Origin: Eledone cirrhosa
Lineage: Eukaryota
NCBI GenBank assembly: GCA_964016885.1
Contig: OZ024742.1
Span: 116,932,001 to 116,996,000, forward strand
Direction: 5' to 3'
Length of the DNA stretch: 64,000 nucleotides
Positions 52,665 through 64,000 of this stretch are shown here, piece after piece. Below the pieces are notes generated by a model. It did not search any database. It was not told the DNA's origin and saw only the letters and a program-made list of their open reading frames with translations. Numbering within the stretch: the first letter of the stretch is position 1; the number at the start of each line of letters is the position of its first letter. A program made the translations under genes and the position numbers.

Positions 52665-53474
52665 TAGACAGAGATAGAGGATATCTGTGTGTATGGTGAC
52701 TCATAAGATACTAACCAGACTGTCTCATCTCACAAATATTTTAATTATAAAATGATGCAGTTAACACTGCAAAATTGAGTTGGCCAAACTGCAATAGTGG
52801 TTTAATTATAAAATGTTGTGGCTAAGACACAGCAAAACTGAATTGGCTAAGCTGCAATAGTAGTTGTATTCTCTTGAATGCACAATTTCAAAAAATAAAA
52901 ATAAGAGATTTTTCTATTTTACATCAATGCTAGAAGAAACTCTATAAAAAATATTATTTAAGTAACAAATCTAGTGTTATCTCAAAGATAAAACTTTCTA
53001 TGCTTCAATTATCAAAAACTCTTGTTATCAAATTCATAATATTTTTTACCTTCAGATAATCTGTCAAAGTTTCATATCAATATGGTGATATTTTTTTCCC
53101 AGACCTCTCTCTTTCTCTCTCTCATGCTATCCATCATTTTCTTCCCCTCTCTTTCTCTCTCTCTCATGATTTATGTCTATTGCTCTTCATATCTTGTGCT
53201 CTCCTTCTCTTATTCCTTCTTTTCTGCTCTCTTTCCATCTCTTGCTCATCCTCTCATATTCTTTATCTCACTGATGGATGAAATGTAAAATTCACATTTA
53301 TAAAAATATTTCTGTATCAGGTTATATATATTCAGCAATTTCTATGATTATATGTATAGTCTTATGTCTGACATGAAGAAGTATTTCTACGATCAGGGGC
53401 AGTCCATCAATGATCTAAAAATATTTTAGGGGTATCTAGTACATGATTCTTTAATGGGTTCTTTCTTTATTTAA

Positions 53475-53695
53475 CCCTTTAGCATTTACATTATTTTATA
53501 TTTGCTATTATATTTTCATGGTAAAGGCTTTACCTCATATAATTATCTCACATAATATCGATTCTATGAGATTTTGATATTATATATTTTGAGAACAATA
53601 CCTTAACGTAAGTATAAGCAGCCAGTTATGGCCAGTTTGAACAGATAGGAGTGAGGGAATTCTGGCCTGATATGGCCGGTTTAAATGCAAAAGGG
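53475..53695. mobile_element. piggyBac-like MITE
   Basis: TTAA|CCCTTTAGCATTTA...TAAATGCAAAAGGG|TTAA. Confidence 0.75.
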
Positions 53696-54573
53696 TTAAG
53701 ATGGTAGGATGTAACTGCTATTTATGATAGGCCAAGAGACAATATAGAGGTTCCCTGATTAACTTGCTTCTATGATTGGTAAATATTATGGCAATCAAAG
53801 ACAACATTGAACAGAGAGAACTATTTAGCCTTGTCAAGAATATGACAATATCTCTAGTGTTTGTGCCATGATAAAATAAATTTAGTACACCCTGTAAACT
53901 CTTTAGTATTAGGAAGGGTATCCAGCCAGAAAAAAACATACCAAAATTCGAACATATGATGGTATTCTGAACCTTCTAGAATAATGGTAACTCTATCTAG
54001 GACCATATTGACCCATCAAACACAAGCCAGAATTGAAAATGAACTTAGAAATGATGATGATAACCATATTGTTGTTAACCAATTGAAATGTCATAATAAT
54101 ATTTATGTTATAATGAAACTTGTGTATATGCAGTATAGGACATATTGTTATTAAATGGGTTAAATTAAACCAATCAAACAAGAAAAATGAAGGATAGAAA
54201 TTTAAATATATGCTGTATTGCTGACAATAGCATCAGTGATAAATGTATGAGCAAACAAAATTGCATTTCTGAAGAATGGAAGAATAGCATTTGTTGTTTA
54301 AACTTTTTGTCACAGAATTTTGATATTTTCTTCAATTTCTATAATTATTTTCGCTTTATTTACTGCTAATCTTGTCATGTGAGATTGTTTGTTGAGCTTA
54401 AATATTATTCTCCAAACTGCTTATGCATCAACATTATGCAGCTAATATTTATCTTTTGACAAGATATTCATGGCAGTAATAATATATGATAGTTCAAGCC
54501 AATGAGGGAGCCTCTATGCTAGAAATGGCAGCCAAATTCCACCGTATTATGTAGAGAATCTAATCAAATATAC

Positions 54574-54604
<31 letters not shown>

Positions 54605-54607
<3 letters not shown>

Positions 54608-54790
54608 GAACGAGTAGGACACCGACGGCTGAGCTCAAGCCGTTTCGACGGCTAATTCTGGACTAAAAAAAAAACGGCCTGAGCTCAGCCGTCGGGGTCC
54701 TACTCGTTCCTATTACCCACTCTACTACCCTAAGTATTAAGTACTTTGGTGCGTTATGGTCCATCTGGTTCCTTACCACATTTCCTTCGT
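54605..54790 (+). mobile_element. Family A palindrome+tail insertion
   Basis: Palindrome 54605-54712; tail near-identical to 15621-15690. Confidence 0.8.
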
Positions 54791-54817
54791 TATATGTATA
54801 TATATATATTAATTCCA

Positions 54818-55178
54818 AATATTAACAAAATAGATATTCTTGTGATCAATTATATTTTATTATACATATTTCAGAGGTACTGAATTAAGTTCAACAGTAC
54901 GTCCTCATCAGATAAAATAAAATGATACATGCCATAGCCTCTACCATGTCAGGGTATATCATGTATCATTTTATTTTATCTGATGCGGACGTACTTTTGA
55001 ACTTAATTCAGAACCTCTGAAATATGTATAATAAAATATAATTGATCACAAGAATATCTATTTTGTTAATATTTAGAATTAATATTAATAACTCTGGAAA
55101 ATATTTTTTGTAGAGTGCTTCCAATCTATTGTAAAACTCATTCTTTGATGTATTCATTGAATCTTGTTTAACTCTTAA
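54818..55178 (+). mobile_element. Palindrome+tail insertion (about 114-bp arms) containing a full hammerhead
   Basis: Arms about 54818-54931 / 54960-55073, tail to 55178, (TA)n flanks. Confidence 0.8.
54853..54919 (-). ncRNA. Type I hammerhead ribozyme
   Basis: UAUUUUAU-CUGAUGA-GGACGUACUG...CAGUACCUCU-GAAA-UAUGUA-UA-AUAAAAUA; the plus-arm copy (54972-55038) has CUGAUGC. Confidence 0.7.
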
Positions 55179-55185
55179 ATATATA

Positions 55186-55250
<65 letters not shown>

Positions 55251-55617
55251 CACTCAATTGCTTTAACTTGAGTATCTATATTTAATCAAAGCCAACCATG
55301 AACTCAAACTAATGTTAAGTATATCCTTACATTTAAGACATCTACTATTCACTATGCCCCAACCCTCCCGGCAAAACAACCACCAACCTCACCAAGTGAG
55401 CTACATTATTTAAAAGTAATTGTTGATTGATTTATGCTGTTACCATTAGCCACTACATAATTGCAGTTGTTGTTGTTACTCTACATATTTCTACAGCCCT
55501 CAGAGCACACTTGCGTTTGGCAGCAGAAAATGTTTGTAGGGTGCCTCTTTTCAGTGCCATTACTGATAGCATCTGAAGTCACATGACAGCAAAGCAAACT
55601 TGTTAACTGCATACTTG

Positions 55618-56037
55618 TTAACTACCATACTCTGAGCGCCTTGCTTCCTTGGGCATGGATACATTGAAGCTCCGACGCCTGGCAACTGACTTGGTAAACA
55701 CCCACAAAATTGTTAACCATGTTGCCAACAACAACCCTGAGTACCGTTTTGATTTCCATGTGTCTAACACATGTGGACATACCCACAAAGTAAGAAAACA
55801 GCACAGTTCCCATGACTTTTGGAAACATTTTTTCACGCTCAGAGTTGCTGAAGCATGGAACAAACCTGCATCAGTTGTTAGCTGTCGAGACACTGCATCC
55901 TTTAAGGCCTCCATGCTTCCCGAAATCCACCAACATGTACTTCCCTGACATTTGTACTATACATACACCTTTGACGAGTTGTAGTGCACCTGAGCACTTT
56001 ACACAATAATTTCATTATTATTATTATTATATTATTA
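55618..56037 (+). pseudogene. CR1-like LINE 3' end with (ATT)n tail
   Basis: LPYSERLASLGMDTLKLRRL...GHTHKV...FFTLRVAEAWN. Confidence 0.85.
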
Positions 56038-56159
56038 TAACCATGCTGGCTTCTATATAGATATATATAAAAAAGAAGTTAGTTTCTCCCAACACTGGAG
56101 GGTTATCAGATTAGTGAAAATACCAGTATCCTTGATGTTCAAATGACTAAGAGTACAAG

Positions 56160-56350
56160 AATCTCTCTCAAGATGACACCTGTCTATAATAGGTTTAACA
56201 CCTCACTACTGCTGGTACTCATTTTCAGCTGAGTATATATTGTGAAAGGAAATGTTTTGCTCAAGAACACAATTCGCCACCCAATCAAGGAATCGAACCC
56301 ACAGGATTATGATCGTAAGCCTAACACCTTAACCTCAACTCTATGCACCT
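56160..56350 (-). mobile_element. Old tRNA-derived SINE
   Basis: Minus-strand GGGTTCGATTCC B-box followed by TGTGTTCTTGAGCAA. Confidence 0.55.
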
Positions 56351-58689
56351 TCATACATATATACATATGCTGTATTTAAAATTCATATTTATCAAATTGA
56401 AATATGCTTTTTAGAATATAATAGACATTTAAGTTACCTAAATAAATTTAAGGACAGTGCTCACCCTTTTCATTTTCACATTAATCTTAGATGTTGAAAG
56501 TAAGAAAAAGATTGTGACATTTGAAAGGATGAGTTATAAAAAAATATTTTGCATTTTATATACTGGACATTGAAATAATGAGTGTGTTAAGACTGAACCA
56601 TCCTTAAATAGGGTAAAATGAAGGGGATTGGCCATGTAACATAACACCCTGCTTTAAGTGAATATGGTCATGCATGAACAAGCACCAGTAAAAGAGGTAT
56701 TAGAAGACCATGAAGCAGGAGGTGGTGAACAAAATCAAGAAATGGACTCTTGCTGTGCACCTATGGTGTTGTTGGGCTACAATTGTAACGCCACTTATTT
56801 TATCTATATATTATTTTATTTTCCTTGCTCAGGATTTTTTTTTAATCAAAATTACTTTTCTTTTATTCTAAAGTGTTTTTGTCTCTATTTGATCTTTGAA
56901 ATTCTTGACTTTGTAATAGCAGAAGATTGTATAATGATTCAAGTTGCAAACATTTTGTCATGCTATACAATGGTCATTAATATTTTAATGTAGCGCAGAC
57001 AATTGTTATTGTACTATGAATAAAAATTATTCCTTTCTTTACATAACACTGATGCTTTCACCATAGTAAATGCTTGTTAATCATACTGGGAATATTTTGC
57101 AAGTTTCCATTACTATTGTTCACACTACACTAATTAATTTTAATACAAGTGAAAACCAGTTTTACTTTTTTCATTTTCTTTTTTATAAGTCTTCATTTTT
57201 TTGTTTCATTCTAAATTATAGAATTCTTTTTTTTTTTTTTATTTTGAATTATTTCATGTGGTGTTTTTTAAGACATTGGAAGACAAGAAAAGGAAAAAAT
57301 GATTATATTTCAAGAAGTCAGGACAATATAATTTTTACAAAAAGAAAATATATCTTGTGTTATTGATTAAGAAAAATCTTACACCACAGAACATTCAATG
57401 CATAACAAAGCATTTATATTTATTTGTATAAGATTTAAGCCACACAGCTTGTTTAGAATTTATATTTCAAACAAAATTATGTACATGTGTGTATATATAT
57501 ATATATATATATATCTTCATTATTGTTTATCTTCTATTTTCAACACTAGCATGGTTTAAACCGGTTGTCCCATTTGCTTTTTGTTGTGTCACTTACATAC
57601 ATAGTTATAGCAATATATTATTATCTTGTCTGTTGGGCAGAGCTGAGATCTACTGTTCAACTGAGAATGTGCAATTTGTTGTTTAGTGTTATTCTTTATT
57701 TTTTCTGCTTACATACTTCTATGTCAGCACCTCTCACGGCATTGTATATTTCACTCTAACACTTCTGCCAATAAATAAACCTGTGCTGGTACATTATTTG
57801 GGACCCAAAAGAAAAAAAAAAACAAAGTTGGTTTAATGGGATTAGAACTTAGAGCATATAGGACCAAAACAAATACCACAAGGCATTTTTTCTAATGCAC
57901 AAGCAACTCTGCTAATTCACTACCTCTGCAGTTTTTAGCAGTTGAGAGAACATGTAGAGGTTCTTTCAATGGTTCATCTCTACCATATATTTTAAACTTT
58001 GGAAATTAAATTATTTTCTTATCCAAGTTATGTAACATCAAGGAAGATATTAAGTTTTTTTTTCTTTTGTTTGTTGCATTTGTAGAGAAATTCTTTATAA
58101 CTACATTTGTAAAATAAATTTGGAAATGTCAGCATTCTTATATAGATGTGTATGTATGTGTATTGGCATGGGAAAGCAGAAGTAAAAAAAATGATTATAT
58201 AAGTATGCCTACATGTATGTTTGTATGTATGTTTATATATATATATATATATATATGCACATATAAATGCTGACAGTTACAATATATTACAAGCTTAGTT
58301 ATTTCTCAGATTAAACTTTATTTTTTTAATATAAAATAAAATATTAAATAATGAAATTAGATTTTTTTTCCTAACAACGAAACAAGTAAGCCATAGATAA
58401 AATTCTTTATAGTGTTAAATTTCCAAATACCTTTTATTTTGTCTTTTTTTGTTTTCTTGAACATCATTCTTTCTTTTATTAGCTTTGGTTTGGTTTATCA
58501 TTCTTCTTATTGACTTTGCTTTTTAAATTTGATTGGCAATAAATTTCAGTCATTCAGAACTTTTTTTGTTTATAAAATTTGATTGAATTACCTATTTGAT
58601 TCACTTTTGTTTGCAATATAATTATATCATATCTTTTGTCTTATGGGGCAGTTTCTGTGGAAGCTCTTTTGCAGTATAACAACAACAAA

Positions 58690-60260
58690 TATTTTAAAGA
58701 TATCTTCTCTGGTAAAGAGGCTCATGACAAGCTTCTAAATTTTTCTCGATTATCTGCACCCCCTCACCAACTCCCCATTTTCATTTCCTTATCCACCATT
58801 TTCAAGCCATGTTGTTCTTGGTCTTCCACATTTTTTCTTACTTCCACATTAATTTACATTCTTTCCAGTTTTCTTTATTGTTCCACATTCATCATCTATG
58901 TCTTACTCCCATAAATCATGCCAATTCTCACATCTGCATCATACATATTTCTCTTCATTAGCACACCACGTAATGCACAGAACTTCATCCATGCACTCTA
59001 GATACTGTTGTAGTGTAATCTATTCAATATGTCTCCAATATAAGAAAACGTTTTCATACCTTTTATCTTTGCACCAATATTAAGATCCAGCTCAACATCT
59101 TCTTCCTCTTTAGCTCCCTCTGTAAGTATGTTTCACTTAAAAGTAGTTCCCACTTGTTTCATAATCCATTCACACCACCACATTTTCAATGTACCCCTCT
59201 CCCCTAGTGCATATCATACATTTAATGGAATTCACACCAAGTCCCTTCCTGCACACAGCTACCTTCCTGTTTTTTCCATCTCACCAAATGATTTACCACA
59301 TACCATCACATTTATTTTACCACTATTCACCTTCAACCTTAATTCTCCATCAACCTTAAGCCTCCATAATTCCTTCCACCTATTCATCTTCTCCTTCTCT
59401 CCAACCATGCTCTCAACTGTTAACATCAAGTCATCTGCATAGAACAAATCCTTTACATTTTGGTCTAGTACCTCCATCACAATTACAAATCGTAGTAAGC
59501 ATAATACAAATCCCCTAATGCATTCCAACCTTCACGTCAAACTCATCTGTGTTGTCCTTCGTTTTTACAACTGAACACATTTTTTTTCATTCATTGTCAT
59601 CATTACTCTAGTCAACTTTCCTACATCCCCAAATTTCTCAATCACCTAGTCACTACTTTACATTGAACCCTATAAAAAGCTTTATTCAGATCAACCCCCA
59701 TAACCAAATTCTCCTTTTTGCCCTTCTACCTCTTCTGTAATTTCCTCACAATAAAGAATTGCATCTGCTGTGTTCCTTTTTCCAGCCCAAATCCAAACTG
59801 TATTTCATCAATCTTCATTTTTCCCTTATTCTCTTTTCTAACACTCTTTCAAATACCTTCATTCCATGTTCCAATTGTATAATTGGTCTATAGCAGCAAT
59901 CCTATAGGATCACCTTTCCTCTTATACAAACGGATGGGATTATTCAACTCCCAATCCACTGGGTTATGGTCTTCTTTCCTCAACAACCTACAGATCTCTA
60001 ACATGTGCTTCACACCCACTCTCACAACTCATGTTGGCCCTCCTACTCTTCCACTCTTACTCTTCATTTTTAATGCTTTCTCAACTTCTTCAGCTATCTC
60101 CTCTTGTCGGTCTGAGAACTGGATTGCTCCTTATATTGCAATTTCATTCATTCCCCTCATTCAAGAATCTCTCCATATAACTATTCCCACTTTTCTTAAT
60201 TCCATCTGAGTCTACATCAATTTTTCCCTCTTCCATCCTTTAAGCAGATAATCTCTGTCC
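58690..60260 (-). pseudogene. Old degenerate RTE RT with PHD remnant
   Basis: LFYADD; VCRKGLGVNSIKCMIC at about 59208-59256; DEIQFGFG at about 59786-59810. Confidence 0.8.
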
Positions 60261-63200
60261 CATCATCTCTCATATGACACTTTAACTATTCTGCCAATTC
60301 ACCACACTTTGACTGCTACTTCATATAATGGCCCAAAAAGAATGGAAGCAAAGTTGGCCTCTATGAGATATAAACTTAGAACATAGTGGCCTTTATCAAG
60401 TACTGGAAGACATTTAGTCCCATGCTCTAATAATTCTAAAACATTAGAACAAAATCAGTTGAAACTAACAGTGAATATATTTGTATAATATCAATAATTT
60501 CTAAATCAGAGCATATTTCTTGTGGAAATATTCAGCATGTACGTTGTGTATCATTGCTGAAAATACTGGACAGGATAATATTTCCTGTAATAATTTATTG
60601 ATATATTTCAACATGGAATTCACAAGACCATATTCTCTGATCTAAAATGAAATTTCATAATTTTCTATATATAAATCTTTCTATTTGCAGGAATTTGCAG
60701 GCCATGTATTTCGCTTAACTGCTTCCATTATTTCTTCTAGTTGTATTTCTCAAGTCTATTAAGATACATTGTTTAATCTCTCCCCACTCCTTCTCCCTCT
60801 TAATATCTCCCCTCTCCACATCCTCTTTCTTTCTCTTATCTCCTCTCCCTCTATATTGCTTTCTTTCTCTCCCCAACCATCTCTGTTACTTCTCCAAATA
60901 TACCCTGAAACTTCTCCACACACACACATGTGAGTATATACCTTCTGAAAATTTAGTTACTATGAGATTGACGTTATAAACCTTATTTTCTGCTACTGTT
61001 CCTATCCAACAAACGTTTGAATCATAAATCATCTAAGCAACCACAAATTCAAAGAATAGGTTTTAGCTGAAGGATGATTAGTTTCCTTTCAGAGTTTACA
61101 TTATTTCATTTTGAAGTCAGAAAAGCTACCAGAAGTTGGATATATAGACACAAACAGGTATGACTCTTTAGTGAACAAGTTTCTTTCCCAAATTCTTACT
61201 TCAATGACATTGAACAGCAGTTTGTCAAAGTGGGAATACAATATAGCTAACTACTATAGCCCTAGGTGTATTGTGTGTTAAATCTGTGCAGAAGTCCATT
61301 AATATATATGTGTGTGTGTATGTGCACATTCCTCTTTTGTAGTTGATCAATGAAAGGGTTGTTTGTTTTGTCATGCCTTTCATTTCAATTTTATATTTAC
61401 AAATGCTACACAGGCATCTCGTTCTCTCTCTACATACATATGTATATATATATATTTATTTAAAATGAAGAAAAACCAAAGTTAACTTAAATTCATTCTT
61501 TAATTTCTACATACGTCTCTATACAGGTGATAATGGTATATGTTTATGTAAACAATAATTTAATTAGAAACAGTTAATTAGGAATTATTACACAAGACAT
61601 AATACTTATAACATCTTGTATCATCAAGAATTATAAAAAGGGATAAATTTTAACCCAATACAAATTATAAGAATAAACACTATAAACACTATAACACATG
61701 TTGGTCATTGACAACCATTTAATGAACATACATGTTGGGGTAAATACAAACATCATTGCTGAATCAGATTTTCCTTGCTTCTTCTAATAGAATATCTACT
61801 GAACAATAACTGTCAATAAACCACTATGTTACCTAATAGCCAGGTAGTTGTTTGCTCATATACATAATGATTGGTGATGTGGTCAGTTCTGCTGATGCTA
61901 AATATGATTTTACGAAATGCTCATAAACTCTATATTTAATGTTCTGATAACCATTGTTTGTAGTCAAAATGGTACAATAGAAATTGAAAGGTAGCATTTT
62001 ATAAGAGCCAATACATTCATGCATGTACATGTCTTCTGAACACCTGTGCTAACTCACACATTTTGGATCAGTGCTTTGTGCATGAGACTATCAGAATTTA
62101 GAAGAAACTTCTATGGACTGTCACACACTCCTTTCATTCAAGTTATTTGCAGAAGGTGCTTTACCATGGGATTCAATATGCTATCGTATGATTGTAAAGC
62201 AAATTTCTTAAACCATTCCGTGATATCCCATGCTCTAATTTCACACAAATACATTCACATACAAACACAGACATACACAATATTGCAGCAATAGTCACAT
62301 AATTTCAAATGTGATGTAGAAACATTATTTAGATCAGAGTCTGTAACATGTTTTTAGAAGTGGCTTTAAAATTCTGACTGCACAAAACACCTCTTGTCAT
62401 TCTCACTATTTGAAAGGCAGGGAACCAATGGTTGGTCTATTGAAAACCTATAGCCAACAGATCAATTGTTCACAAATGTATTACATAAATAACATAAAAA
62501 TTTAGATTTGCTATATAGATTTTGTTGCTAGATTCTTTTTACATGTTAGAATTGTATAAAGTTTGGCATGACTAGGCAAGGCAAAAACGTGATGTCCACC
62601 ATTTTTAAACAGTCACTACAATTCTAATTCAATTTCTTGTTTTGCAGTATTTGTGGTTTTAGAATCCACTCTAGTAATACTTATATATTACATTCCTTAC
62701 TTCTTTGTGAATGAAACAGAAAATAGGTTTGCACTGCTTAATAGATATTTACGAAAATAATGTGTAAAGAGAGTCACTGAAACCAAATCATATTTGTTAA
62801 CTGACACCATCAAGATTATTCACCCTTTTATATTTATATTTACATTCCTTAGCTTCATTCACAGTCTTGCATTGTATTTCTCATTTCTACAAACAGCAGG
62901 TCTGCTTGAAACATCACAACTCCACCTCTACGTGCAACACACAAACCTCTCTTGTTTTATATATTTTACAATCTAGATTATAAATGAGCTAACTATTTTG
63001 ATTTTAAATGTAAAATGATATTAAACATGATAAGCATCAATTTCAGACAGGAAAGATAAACAGACCCAGTCAGAAGGTTTCAAATTCATACATATAATGT
63101 TTAATATCATTTCACCATTTAGATTATATATCGTATCCAATAAACACACTTAGGCAGTGGATTGACAGAACTGTTTGAGCATTGAACAAAATATCTTGCA

Positions 63201-64000
63201 GTACATGTTCTGACTCTATACATTCTGAGTTCAAATTCCATGACATTTTCCTTCTATCCTTCTGTTGATAATATAAAGTACCAATACAGGATAATGTATG
63301 AGCTGAATTGTTAGAGCATTTGACAAAATGTCTTGTAATATTTATTCCATCCCTTATTTTCTGAGTTTGCTTGCAACAAAACTGATACCAAAATGTATTA
63401 CATTTGCTTTTCCATTGGTTGTGTCAGAGATATGAAGAAGGGAAACTTGCTGTTTTGCCAAATACTGGAATAAAATAATAATAGTAATAAAAGAACCTTA
63501 CCCAAACCCATAAGGTAATGGACAGTCAGTTGTCAACAAAAAGAGAGGATCTATTTGATTTTTATACCAAATTATCAATTAATCCATTAGTAAGTTGGGT
63601 CCATCTCATCCTAATATGGAAAATAAGAAATGTCCCCAGCAACAGATCTCCATGACACTATGTCCCAGACAAATGTACATATTTCACTCTCTTTGAATTA
63701 GATGTCATGACTGAGGCAACCAGGAATATGTTTTGCAAAGCTTCGTTTCTGTCAGACTGATTATTTTTCCATGTTTTGGGACATACTGACAGTATTCATC
63801 ATCCTCCTCCTTTAATGTCCACTTTCCTTGCTTGCAAAATTTGAATGGGTCTTTATCGATCATGTCTGTACTGAAGCGGAGCCACAGACCTCCCAGACTG
63901 GCTGGCAGTTCGCATTTCACTTACATACGGTTCCACATTTTACCAAATGCATTTTATCATGGCACCAGCACCAGAGAGGTTGTCACGTCTGTGACACAAC

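Noticed and set aside
52021-52704. Antisense ORFs over RTE and PLE coding regions, including hydrophobic 30301-30909 and 27674-28219
   Set aside because: Shadows of the real frame or of simple repeats; no independent motifs

Overview
AT-rich, repeat-dominated animal genomic DNA, probably intronic or intergenic. The RTE/SINE families and (TA)n load suggest a cephalopod such as Octopus; this is inference only. No host exon could be supported. The window holds five PHD-type RTE-clade LINE copies: one intact 1022-aa APE-RT ORF at 49529-52597, one near-intact, and three degraded. This RTE family carries a C4HC3 PHD-type finger inside the RT. Also present are fragments of Expander-like RTE, R4/Dong, CRE and CR1 LINEs, tRNA-derived SINEs, MITEs, a probable solo LTR and many Penelope-like elements (PLEs). 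The most striking structure is a ribozyme-bearing system inserted into (TA)n tracts. It comprises a 4.9-kb GIY-YIG PLE with an inverted pseudo-LTR, about ten short 'palindrome + tail' insertions, and two non-coding 420-bp and 466-bp retrozyme-like units. Each unit has a readable type I hammerhead ribozyme and an upstream ATGCAAAT octamer. In four copies of one family the palindrome folds back at what looks like hammerhead stem II, suggesting cDNA snap-back priming on the ribozyme hairpin. All alignments and folds were done by eye, so boundaries are approximate.
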